From Epithemia pelagica (lineage: Eukaryota; Protista; Bacillariophyta), in the NCBI GenBank assembly GCA_946965045.2, contig OX337233.1:2542001-2606000 (forward strand): DNA of 64,000 nt, given 5' to 3'. Shown piece by piece: positions 43,439 through 53,257 of this stretch. The number at the start of each line of letters is the position of its first letter. Within the stretch, counting starts at the first letter, position 1. The notes beneath the pieces were generated by a model. The model had not been told where the DNA came from. It searched no databases and worked only from the letters and a program-made list of their open reading frames with translations. A program made the position numbers and the translations under genes.

Positions 43439-43777
43439 ATGGATGTTTCAGACTCTGTGATCGGGTTAGTTTACCCTGCAATTCGGACTGTTCGGGCAAT
43501 CGAAATGAAGCACAACGCAAACGATGTGCTGTGGCTTTCGTATTGGATTGTATTTTCGGTTTTCATCGTCATCGAAAACTTCACAGACTTTCTTCTCTAC
43601 TGGATCCCCTTTTACTATGCCTTTAAGACGGCGTTTTTCTTGTGGGCATTCCTTCCTCAAACAAGTGGCGCTAAGGACCTGGTGAAGAAGAGTCAGTCAC
43701 GCATTGATGCCGCCGTAGCAGACGCTAAGAAAGAAACCGCGAGCTCCATCGCAGCCGATGATAAGAAGGATTCGTAG
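43439..43777 (+). CDS. TB2/DP1/HVA22 (REEP/Yop1) family protein, short and possibly truncated
   Basis: IGLVYPAIRTVRAIE...WLSYWIVFS...WIPFYYAFKTAFFLWAFLPQTSGA. Confidence 0.75.
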   Translation: MDVSDSVIGLVYPAIRTVRAIEMKHNANDVLWLSYWIVFSVFIVIENFTDFLLYWIPFYYAFKTAFFLWAFLPQTSGAKDLVKKSQSRIDAAVADAKKETASSIAADDKKDS

Positions 43778-44643
43778 GGTGCGCATGGGAAGTGTTCGCA
43801 TGAAGTCGAGTGCAGCACGTAAAAGTAGTTGTTCTTGCCATGCTCAGGTTTTCTTTGATTCGTCCCGATTCCTACCCCACGCATGTCATGTCATGTGATA
43901 CTGCTGCCGCGGCGAATCGGCTTGCTACGGTAGATCAATAGTACTTCCCATAGCGTCTGGCACTGTGGTAGCTTCCCTCCTCCATCGTTTTCGGGTCAAT
44001 CGAAGGCCCAGAGAACAAACAGATGATAAAAAGTCCACCATCGATCATATTCAGCATTAGCTTCAATTTTTCTACCCCTGCTCAGACTCTTCCTCGAGAT
44101 CATAGTACTCAAGCCATGCTTTGGAAGAGACCCAATGACCAAGAAGAGGGGAAAGACCATGTTTGCGTCGTAGGGATCTCGTGATGGCTTCGGAAACATC
44201 AATTCCTGAGCTCATTTCAGCAAAGTAATTTCACAAGATGGCATCAATGTGTTCCTTATAAAGTTGTCTTGCTCTCTATTATATTTTGTGCAGTTACTTT
44301 TGACTACGGGACTCGCAATCAACATTGGAAGACGGCCATGGTCATTGCGAAAGAAAATGTGAGGGGAATCACCGTGAAATTTGAAAATCTATGATAAAAT
44401 CCTTAACCCTATACGGCCCCTTAGCATTTGGAATTTGGACGGCCTTAGTCACTCGAGGACGAGGACGGAGAGACTACCTCCACCCCCAATGGACTTTGGG
44501 GGAGATTCCACTGCTGCCCCCGACTGGAATCTCTGCGAACTTTCTCATTCTTCACACGTTGTTCCTAGAACACATCAGTCCGAGATCTTTGTTAACCTGA
44601 AGCAACAATCATTCCAATCAACAATCCCAAAGACTGAGCAACA

Positions 44644-45126
44644 ATGGGTGTGAATGTTATAGCCACAAGCTTGATGCCAATTTCTCAGATTGCGGCATGG
44701 TTTGCCCTTTCCAAGACGGACAGTGCCAGCGACCCGACAAAAGCGCTCTACTTGACGCTGGGTGCCACGGCGGCCTTTTATTGTGCATGGGCCTTGTTCA
44801 ACGTGTTTGTCGAAAATGATACGAATGAACTGGGACATTACACAATGGGACTTGCTGCGATTGGCTGCTTTTGTCAATCCAAGTATGTTTCTCTGGCCGG
44901 TATTGGTCTCGTCATTCTCAATTTCATCCTGGCTCTCTGTTTGGTCTTTGGTATGAGCGCGGCGGATCTGGCTCATGCCGCCAAAGATTCGGATACATGG
45001 GCAGGAATTGCATGGTCATGGATTTTCCGTGCCTTTGCCATTTCCAGTACGGTCTTTTGGTGTTTTGCGTTTCACAAGGTTTTGAAAACTGACTCTACGA
45101 GCAGGGCTCCGTACCAAGCAGTATAG
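44644..45126 (+). CDS. Hypothetical small multi-pass membrane protein
   Basis: 160-aa ORF with about 4-5 hydrophobic segments. Confidence 0.6.
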   Translation: MGVNVIATSLMPISQIAAWFALSKTDSASDPTKALYLTLGATAAFYCAWALFNVFVENDTNELGHYTMGLAAIGCFCQSKYVSLAGIGLVILNFILALCLVFGMSAADLAHAAKDSDTWAGIAWSWIFRAFAISSTVFWCFAFHKVLKTDSTSRAPYQAV

Positions 45127-45666
45127 GTAGCTACCTATTTGTACTCTGGGTTCTTGGATATGACTTGATCTTTATTCCATCTCAATAACACCATCTCATC
45201 TCAACGAAATACATGACTAAACCACCCCTTTCTCGAACATAATCTTGTGAGGCACCCAGCTTTGGGAACTGAGATAGTTTATTTGCGCATGGATAACATA
45301 ACGGCAAAGGTTATACTTCTTGTGGCTATTCCGCTCTGAAGCTGCTGTAAACATAATTGCATCTTGTCTCAGTTTGACAATTACAGGTTTTATGAATGTT
45401 TCGTAGTCATTTTGATTTTGTTCGAATGCTTGTATTGCCATGGGATAAGCATGTGATTGCGTTCGTGTTTTGCAATAGTGGGCCTAAAGGTTTGTTTGCA
45501 AGGGATTCACTGAGCGGGGAACTCCTTAGGATATGATTCCCACATTTGGCAATCACTTTGTAAGCACTTTGTATGACTTTTGTCTGACAAGTCAGATACA
45601 TGACAAATATAAGGTGCAAAGTAAAGCGTCTCTGCTTCCCTGCCTTGAGTGACCATAGTCGTCTGA

Positions 45667-47538
45667 CTACCTGACACTGTTGCCTCGGCGTACGACCGAC
45701 GGGCTTCGAGGGATCCCACTGCCCGGCAAGACCCTTCGGGCGATGGACGCGATCAGGCGCAGTGTTCCCAATTGTTTTGTATCTTCCGCGGCAGGTATGA
45801 CATCAATGTTGCCAGACCCGGACAGCCCAAAATCTTGGCCCAACGCTTTGGCAGCCTGTCTTCCAGTCACCACAGCTTTTTCCGTGCTCCAGGATGCATG
45901 GCCAGTTCGGTCCACCCAATCTACACACGCATACAGTCCTTTTTGCAACCGCACAGGAGGCGACCAATCGGCGGAACCCACGCAAAAATGAGAAACCGCA
46001 TCTCTGGCGCGAAAGACTGAAGAGTCCAACACTCCCAATTGGCCTGGAAGTAGCTTGGCGTCCAACGCTGCAATTATTGCGGTTAGGGCAATGTCGAGAA
46101 CTTCTTCATCCTCCTTGTCCGCCAAATCACCGGCACGGAAAAAGTCAATTTCAAAGGCGCCAATGGCATCTTCCTTGTCCGAAGGCACGCGATATTCATC
46201 CTGTAACCTCGACAAATCGTAGACACAAAACCCAGTTTCCACCAAAGCAGGAATGTTCCCAATGCCAGCTCCACAGACAACCACAGGTGACTCCTTCATG
46301 TGCTCTGAGATGCGATCTCCTGTTGTCTTATCCACAAAAATCCGAACCGCGACACAAGTGATACCCCTCAAATTTTTCCACTTGCCAGTAATACTTTCCA
46401 AGGCTTGCAATGGAGGACAGGATTGCACAAGACGACCAGCTGTGGTGGCACCGACAGCCAGGACTACGGCATCACATGCGATTGGGTCCATGGTTTCGTC
46501 GCTCAACATGACCAGAAACGGTTTTCCGTTGGATGAGGAGGATTCAATTGCTGTCACTTTGGACTTTCCCCGAATATCTACGTTGCCAGCTTTCTGAAGG
46601 TATGTGACCCATGGATTGAATATTCGTTCCGTGATGCTTCCTCGACACCAGCGAACATCAAATGCCCCACGCGTTTGTAAGGCAAACACATGGAAACAGG
46701 AGAGTGCCGCTGCAGCAGAGCAATCCCAGCCAGGTGCCATTGGAAGAACATGGAGTATGGGAGACACAAGTTCGCGATACAAGCTTGGCGAGAGACCAGC
46801 TACTTGTCGAAACAGATTGTCAGCTGATATTTTGTCGTAGCGCAACCAGGATTCACGGTCTTCCTGTCCAAAGTCTACCCAAGGACCTAGTAACCCCAAA
46901 CCTGTCACACGGTCGGCAATGCTCAGTCGAGAGTCATCTTCAAATTCTGCAAGTAACGCAAGATCCAATGGAGGTCGAAGAACGGGAGCCAGAGTTTCCA
47001 GAAGTTTGTCGGGGTTTGGGAGCAAAGCCACTAGACTGGAAAGTGATGGTAGCGTCTCAGAAGCTTCGTCCAGGTCTTGTCCAAGGACAGGAGCGACGGC
47101 CACCTTTCCTTCAGACGACACAAGAGTTGAAGGGGTGAATGGCGTCAATTCATCATCGAGTTCTAATCCGATTCGTTCCATGGCGGCAAATGTGTTTCGA
47201 TATTCCCTCCAAAAGCCGTGTATGCCCGCTTCCACGGATCGATTCAGCAAGGGAGTCCTCCATCCTCCTGCAAGACCACCAGGCCCTCGAGGAGAAGCGT
47301 CGAGAAGATGCACTTGCACATTTTCTCCCAGTGTCGATACTGCGTCGGCGGCACTGAAACCAGCCCAACCTCCGCCAATGACGACCACAGAGACTGCCTC
47401 GGACGACGAGGATGCCAGATCAATAGATAAGCTTTCTCGGAGGTATCTGCGTCTCTCGATTGCCGTATGAAGAAACGCTCCCACTGGAAAAGCAAGGCAA
47501 ACCCACAAGAAGTGTAACGATGACCTCCAGCCCGCCAT
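45667..47538 (-). CDS. FAD-dependent oxidoreductase (amine oxidase/carotene-desaturase superfamily), probably plastid-targeted
   Basis: VVVIGGGWAGFSAA, LLDASPRGPGGLAGGW, VEAGIHGFW, CDAVVLAV, SWSTEKAVVTG; signal peptide ending VGA-FLH. Confidence 0.85.
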   Translation of the reverse strand: MAGWRSSLHFLWVCLAFPVGAFLHTAIERRRYLRESLSIDLASSSSEAVSVVVIGGGWAGFSAADAVSTLGENVQVHLLDASPRGPGGLAGGWRTPLLNRSVEAGIHGFWREYRNTFAAMERIGLELDDELTPFTPSTLVSSEGKVAVAPVLGQDLDEASETLPSLSSLVALLPNPDKLLETLAPVLRPPLDLALLAEFEDDSRLSIADRVTGLGLLGPWVDFGQEDRESWLRYDKISADNLFRQVAGLSPSLYRELVSPILHVLPMAPGWDCSAAAALSCFHVFALQTRGAFDVRWCRGSITERIFNPWVTYLQKAGNVDIRGKSKVTAIESSSSNGKPFLVMLSDETMDPIACDAVVLAVGATTAGRLVQSCPPLQALESITGKWKNLRGITCVAVRIFVDKTTGDRISEHMKESPVVVCGAGIGNIPALVETGFCVYDLSRLQDEYRVPSDKEDAIGAFEIDFFRAGDLADKEDEEVLDIALTAIIAALDAKLLPGQLGVLDSSVFRARDAVSHFCVGSADWSPPVRLQKGLYACVDWVDRTGHASWSTEKAVVTGRQAAKALGQDFGLSGSGNIDVIPAAEDTKQLGTLRLIASIARRVLPGSGIPRSPSVVRRGNSVR

Positions 47539-47863
47539 TGTAACGATTATTTTATGTCTCACCCATTCTTGTCGACACCCTCACCCCCTCCCCTCTCCAT
47601 CATATCCCCAAACCTTATCTTCAATCTATGGAAAACTATGTAGACTACCTACTCCCAAATCCGAAAGGAAAATGGTCTACTGTTGCAGTTGCAATGGGTT
47701 CCAATGAAAACAAAGATCCAAATCGTATTTTGCAGCATTGCATAGCTATTAGCTTAAGGGGGAAGGATGGTATGGGTTTGTGATGTTTTGAGATCCAATA
47801 CCACAACTAGGTATGCGCTTTACTGAAGTAGCCGAAACGATGGCTTCGAAGCAGGGCGTCCGC

Positions 47864-49801
47864 TTACGAACCAAATCCCGGAGGAGGACGAACAGATCGT
47901 GATTTCGCATGGTTTAAGTTTGAGATGCTGTTCCGCCCAAACATTGAAAACTTGGGTGGACCAACTTCAGTATCAAGCCATTGATCATTGGAGAGCAAGT
48001 TTCGGGAATGTTGATGAGTTCGATCACTGCCAGTGAGGGGCTCCGAATTGGAGTTTTCCTCTTGATGAGTTCGATCACTGCTGGAGAGCGATGAACCATT
48101 CATTGAACGGCGACGCCGACCTAAACTGAACCATCCCTTCTTCTTTTCTTCAGCGACTGGTGCGACTTCTGTTTGGCTCTCTTCCACACCCAAGGCAGAG
48201 TTGCGGCGCACTGGTCGTTGCTGGCGAGTGTCTCGTTGCGACCCACCGGAACTGGTTGACCTCTGTGCCACATGCTTTCGTGGTGGACTAGCTTGGGGGT
48301 CTTCGTAACCATAGTCACCGTAGCCATAATCACGTTTGTCCTTAGTTTCAACTTGCGAACATAGCGGTTCAGACGAATCCTCATAACCTTCCTCATCTTC
48401 GTCCAAGTCCTCGTATTCATCAGCAGAAACGACTCCAGGACGGCCAGTGGCCCCAGAATCGTTCTCGATGTCTGCAAGCAAGTGTGCTGGAAGACGTCCT
48501 CGAAGCTCCTCTTCAGCAATCGGTAATGCTGCGGCGTTCTCTGTCAAGGATGTCAACGATGTGTGACCTGTGGTCTCATCGCCCCAGGACGAAGACGCAA
48601 TATGTGCCGATTGTGCCCAGATACGTGAAGATGCAGTGGCCCCTTCGTGAAAATCATCATGCTCATCAAGATCGTAGGCACTGCTGATATCCGACATGTT
48701 ATCTATATGTGCAGGGACATACTCAGATTCATTGCGCATTGTTCCGTAGGAAACACGTGTTCCGAGATCAGTGTCCTGTGTGAGATAGCTCGATGATTCG
48801 GATGAATCATCCACAGGCTCCGCAGTGGACGCCACCGTGGTAAACGTGGAATCTTCATACTCAAATTTATCTGAGTAGTACGCAAATTGACTACCCGCCA
48901 CTTTCACGGTTTCACCCACACCGGTTACTAGTGCATCGTTCTCTCTTATCGCGGAGAGCTGGGGACCGCTGTTGCGACGCATATTCATAATCATTTCTCG
49001 CTGTTTTTCTTTCTGTTGTAATGCATTGATCAGCTCTCGTTCCCATGGGACTCGAGCATGTTTGTATAGTTCCATACATCCCAAGGCCTCGCGTACAAGT
49101 GTAGGTTGATCTGCGTTTAATGTTCGGCCAAAAACGTGGACCATGAGATCATCCATCTCACGCGGCAACAGGACTGAGGCCTGGCCATTGCTGACCTTCC
49201 TCATGTATGGCAAGTAGGTAGTTGTATCCCTCATATCACATGATGGATGAGCCAGGCGCAAAGCTCCAAGATCCACTTCTAGACCGTGTCCAACCAATAT
49301 TTTTCCACATAGAAGCTTCCCCACTTTTGCACGAGCATTCTTAAAGTGCAAAGCGGAAGTCATTGCAAGTAATTCAGCGGTGATTCCTGTTTCTTTTGTA
49401 CGATAATCAAATACCTCTTCTGGAGGCACCTTGACAAAAGTATCAAGGACAACCTGGTTCTCCCAATTCACCAATGTCACTCTACCAGCAGCCAATTTTT
49501 CACCATTCGATCCCGTAGCTACCATACCACACCGTAATGCAAAATAGAGGTCCTTTCGTTTCATGGGTTCATCATGTTTTGGATTGAGCTGTTGATTGGT
49601 TCTCACAGGTCTGCTAAGTGGACGATCCGAAGTGGGTCTTGGACCCGTCGCTCGCATAGGTGGTACACCTCCACCTGTGCTTGGCTTTTTCGCTCTTCTT
49701 CTCCGTCTGGTTCGTTTTTGCCCATTGCTTGCTGGGCTTTCACGTGTCGCAAGATTCGATGAATTGTTACCACCTCCTTTCTGGTTTTGAAGGTTCCGCA
49801 T
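47864..49801 (-). CDS. REX4-like DEDDh exonuclease-fold protein, catalytic motif degenerate, with a long acidic C-terminal tail
   Basis: YFALRCGMVATG (canonical ALDCEMVG), RVTLVNW, VFDYRTKETGIT, KILVGHGLEVDLGAL, MRDT. Confidence 0.78.
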   Translation of the reverse strand: MRNLQNQKGGGNNSSNLATRESPASNGQKRTRRRRRAKKPSTGGGVPPMRATGPRPTSDRPLSRPVRTNQQLNPKHDEPMKRKDLYFALRCGMVATGSNGEKLAAGRVTLVNWENQVVLDTFVKVPPEEVFDYRTKETGITAELLAMTSALHFKNARAKVGKLLCGKILVGHGLEVDLGALRLAHPSCDMRDTTTYLPYMRKVSNGQASVLLPREMDDLMVHVFGRTLNADQPTLVREALGCMELYKHARVPWERELINALQQKEKQREMIMNMRRNSGPQLSAIRENDALVTGVGETVKVAGSQFAYYSDKFEYEDSTFTTVASTAEPVDDSSESSSYLTQDTDLGTRVSYGTMRNESEYVPAHIDNMSDISSAYDLDEHDDFHEGATASSRIWAQSAHIASSSWGDETTGHTSLTSLTENAAALPIAEEELRGRLPAHLLADIENDSGATGRPGVVSADEYEDLDEDEEGYEDSSEPLCSQVETKDKRDYGYGDYGYEDPQASPPRKHVAQRSTSSGGSQRDTRQQRPVRRNSALGVEESQTEVAPVAEEKKKGWFSLGRRRRSMNGSSLSSSDRTHQEENSNSEPLTGSDRTHQHSRNLLSNDQWLDTEVGPPKFSMFGRNSISNLNHAKSRSVRPPPGFGS

Positions 49802-51456
49802 CAGCTCTTGCGAGCGATGGGCTTCCGAGAGGGCAAACCCTAACTGTAAGTAGAGAAAACAAGAAAGATCAAAGTTTATCAGATCCCAGATTCAGTGAAA
49901 CTACAGATTTGATAATGTGAATTGAAAAGGAAGTGCCGATTGGAACCAACCCAACCCAACCATCACTGTACCGTTTCCGATGCAGTGAGGTTTCAGTCAG
50001 GTCAATGATCCGGATGATCAGCAATTGTGCTCGATTACTTCCTCCGAAGGATTGGCAGGATGTTCGCCGTTTCTTGGGAGGAAGCAAAGCTTCAAACAGT
50101 GGAAGAAACCAGAACCCTGTCCATCAATAGCGCTCATAATTTCTCACCACAAGTTCATAGACAAGGGAATCTGTTGCTGCTGCGATGTACTCACCATTGT
50201 GCAAGTGACCTGATTCCAATTCTACCTGACCTCCTTTTGATGATAGAAGGAAAAGGCGATGGAAGCAGCGGCGGCGAGCCAAGGAGCAAGGAGCACGATG
50301 AATCTCGGTCTGAGAATTGGACAAACGAGAGGAAGTTGTGTATATTTTTTATAACAACCCACAACATCAAGCACTTTTGCAAGCAAACTGCGGCGGTGTG
50401 CCGTGGGCCGTGCAGGTGCAGGCGATCGGGTCTTTGGACCTCGCCACCTGATTGGTCGAGACTGGTTCCTCTTTTGTCTCCATCCAAACATGCGATCTCC
50501 TTGGAACCTTCCCTACTTTCTGCCGTACAGCCACTGATTTTCTGTTACGGGTAGTGGCCGCGACCCGCGACTCGACTTGTTCTATGTGGTGTGTGGGTGT
50601 GGTGTCATCAGTCATCACACGTTACCGTTACCGTTACTCCACAACCTCGAACCCCGCGGCGAGACAAAGTTCCGAAAAACTTCGCAAAATCAGAAACGAA
50701 CCAGTGAATCACGGACAAAAAAACTAGACGACGCATGGGGTTCATTAGAAGCAAGCATCATCGGACATAGAAGTGACATATCTCGGGCATTGTTTTCTTA
50801 TAACTAAACTGCTAAATAACTCGCATCATATTCGCGAGCCTTCTCACGCTGGCTCGTCCAAGGAACCATGACGACACAACTTTTTCACCTCACTACGTCA
50901 ACTATAGCATGGTCAGTACTCGTACTCGTAGATAGACAGACAGGGTTCGTGAGTTCTCAAATCGCGTTTGGGAGCTTCTTCTCTTTGATTTATGACGGTG
51001 TGAATCAGACCCTTCCCACTGGGGAGTAAAAATACGTCCGTCCTGCTACTGCCCCTCTTCCGCTTCTGACTTCACACTTTACCGTCAAATCAGTGTAAAT
51101 TCTACTCCCTACCAGTTACCCCAACTAAAATTCATGCACATGCTTAAAGTTCCAGTTGGGCCTTTTTCAACTGTCCTCAATCAAGGGGCGTTTTTCTGTT
51201 ATCCAGCTAGGTAGTAGATGGGCATATCTCTCACATTTTTTTGTTTTGTCCAGGATCCAGGAAAACCATGAAACAATGTTCAACGTTTGACCATCAGAGA
51301 AGGAGCAGGTAGCTGGTACCCTTAGTCATACTCATCGGTGAGTTGTCCTTTGACAAGTTAACCATGGGCCCAAGTCAACGTGGAGCGAAAGGAGCCTTCC
51401 ACGTCCAGACGGAGGGAGAGATAATCCTGAAAATCTTTTCTTATTTGCACTATAAA

Positions 51457-52581
51457 CTATCGTGCCGACGAACTGGTTCGCATCCACTTTCCAAGGCTAC
51501 TGGATGAAGAGTTGGCCTCTGGTGCAGAAAGTCGAATAATCGTACCACTCAAATCTGAGTCATGCTTGAATACTTTGACGTCACGTGGCGCAGCCACCGG
51601 CGAACTATGAGGAGGCGACAACTGGCTCGCCGTTGGATGCTTTGTAGGAACCGTCATGTAATGGGACACGGGCTGATTGACGGAGCACGTGGATTGACAG
51701 TGGTCCCAAAAGGCACCACGTACGGTTTGGCCAGTGGACCAATACCCATACGAACGGGCCAATGCAGAATATCCTTGCTTTCCAAAAGCCAGAGATTCCG
51801 TTGTCAATACAGAATAGCTTCCGTACATATCAATCTCTCTCCATTGGCACTGTGGAGATAGGACCAAGACATTGTTGATCCGGATTGTCTTTTGTGCGCT
51901 AAGATCGCTGGTCTTGTCCGCCACCACCGCTTCAGCTCCAAACTTGATGCCCGAAACAATTGGAAAACGGTCTACCAGCTTCGTGGGGCCCATCCGAAGG
52001 AATGAAGGTATTCCTTGATTGTTGGTACAAACACCATCGTCGGCGGTGTTGAGCCCCTGTTCCACGGCCTCCACCAAGTCCGTTCCGTTGACTTGTATGC
52101 CAACCAATTTTTCATCAACGGGTAGCAAATTTTGGAGCTTTTCCATCGTGAAGTTTCCTGGTCCCAATTTCGCTTGGCAGACTTCCCCCGTCAAAAAGAC
52201 CATATCAAAGGAACTTCCATAGTGAGCCAAGATATTCTCAGCGACCAGCAGGCATGTTTCTCGTTTGCTGCAGGGCATTCTGCGACACAGTGGCTGTTGA
52301 AAAAACAGCTCCATGGGAACTGTTGGAACCGGGCATGTTTCATTCAAGACTCTGGTGTCCTGGTCAAAGGCCGGAGGACTGTCGCGAAAGCAAAATGGTT
52401 CGCCATTGATTTCATTTTGCTCCTGCAGGGGAATCTGTCGAATGCGGACACCTTTGGCAAGGGGAAGATCAATCATTCGGCTGCCTTGGGGCGTGGCAAT
52501 GCGCGTCTTGAAACCACCCATGGCATGATGAAATGTCAAAGCCAGAAACACAGCCGTTACTACAAACTCTCGAAAAGACAT
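51457..52581 (-). CDS. Secreted protein with a stand-alone 5'-nucleotidase C-terminal-like domain
   Basis: Signal peptide; FDMVFLTGEVCQAKLGPGNFTMEKLQNLLP, IQVNGTDLVEAVEQGL, RFPIVSGIKF, YSVLTTESLAFGKQGY. No metallophosphatase motifs upstream. Confidence 0.65.
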   Translation of the reverse strand: MSFREFVVTAVFLALTFHHAMGGFKTRIATPQGSRMIDLPLAKGVRIRQIPLQEQNEINGEPFCFRDSPPAFDQDTRVLNETCPVPTVPMELFFQQPLCRRMPCSKRETCLLVAENILAHYGSSFDMVFLTGEVCQAKLGPGNFTMEKLQNLLPVDEKLVGIQVNGTDLVEAVEQGLNTADDGVCTNNQGIPSFLRMGPTKLVDRFPIVSGIKFGAEAVVADKTSDLSAQKTIRINNVLVLSPQCQWREIDMYGSYSVLTTESLAFGKQGYSALARSYGYWSTGQTVRGAFWDHCQSTCSVNQPVSHYMTVPTKHPTASQLSPPHSSPVAAPRDVKVFKHDSDLSGTIIRLSAPEANSSSSSLGKWMRTSSSAR

Positions 52582-53257
52582 GGTGAGGGAGGAGCCTGTT
52601 TTGGTCAATGGATGGATACAACACTGGATTGGAGCTGGAAAGTGGAATCATTTGGTTGGTTTCAAAATTGTGACGACGTGATTCAACGGTCCATGCTCAC
52701 AAAACTTTCATTGTCGCGCACCCGGTGTGTCGAATCCCCCAAACCCCAAATTGTTCCTGCTCTATAAGACAAAACGCCATGGGCGTTCTCTGGATCATAA
52801 TAATATCTCTCGATTGTGTGAAACGGGTGGAATTCTAAAATTGTCCTTGCCACGGCTCGAACGGACTGGCTGGACCATAATGTTAGTTTTAGATGCCAAA
52901 CGAAACAATGGACTACCTAGCACTGTATCGGGAAGCTGTGACTATCGTGTCATATAGTTCCTCATGTCTCCATAGCATGAATCAATGGACTGGCGCTGTA
53001 TCGGGGAGCTGTGACTAATATCGTGTCATTGTTCTTCATTTCTCCATTCCCTAGTTCCGTTCATTTGCTTCCCCCCTTGCCTCCTCCTTGTCAAAGTTCC
53101 ACTGCTGAGGCTCCTCTTCCTGTCTCGATTGATTCTATTCCTTGGCCAGGTAGAGTTGGTGCAGTGGTGAGAGAACCATACCGAAACATTGGCCCATATT
53201 CCATATTGTGTTGGTACCAAATGATGCAAGCCGTGTTGGTCTTGCTGCATGTCGGTG

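Noticed and set aside
48011-48081. 20-bp direct repeat TTGATGAGTTCGATCACTGC
   Set aside because: It lies within the REX4-like tail and encodes a duplicated SDRTHQ peptide; an ordinary low-complexity duplication.
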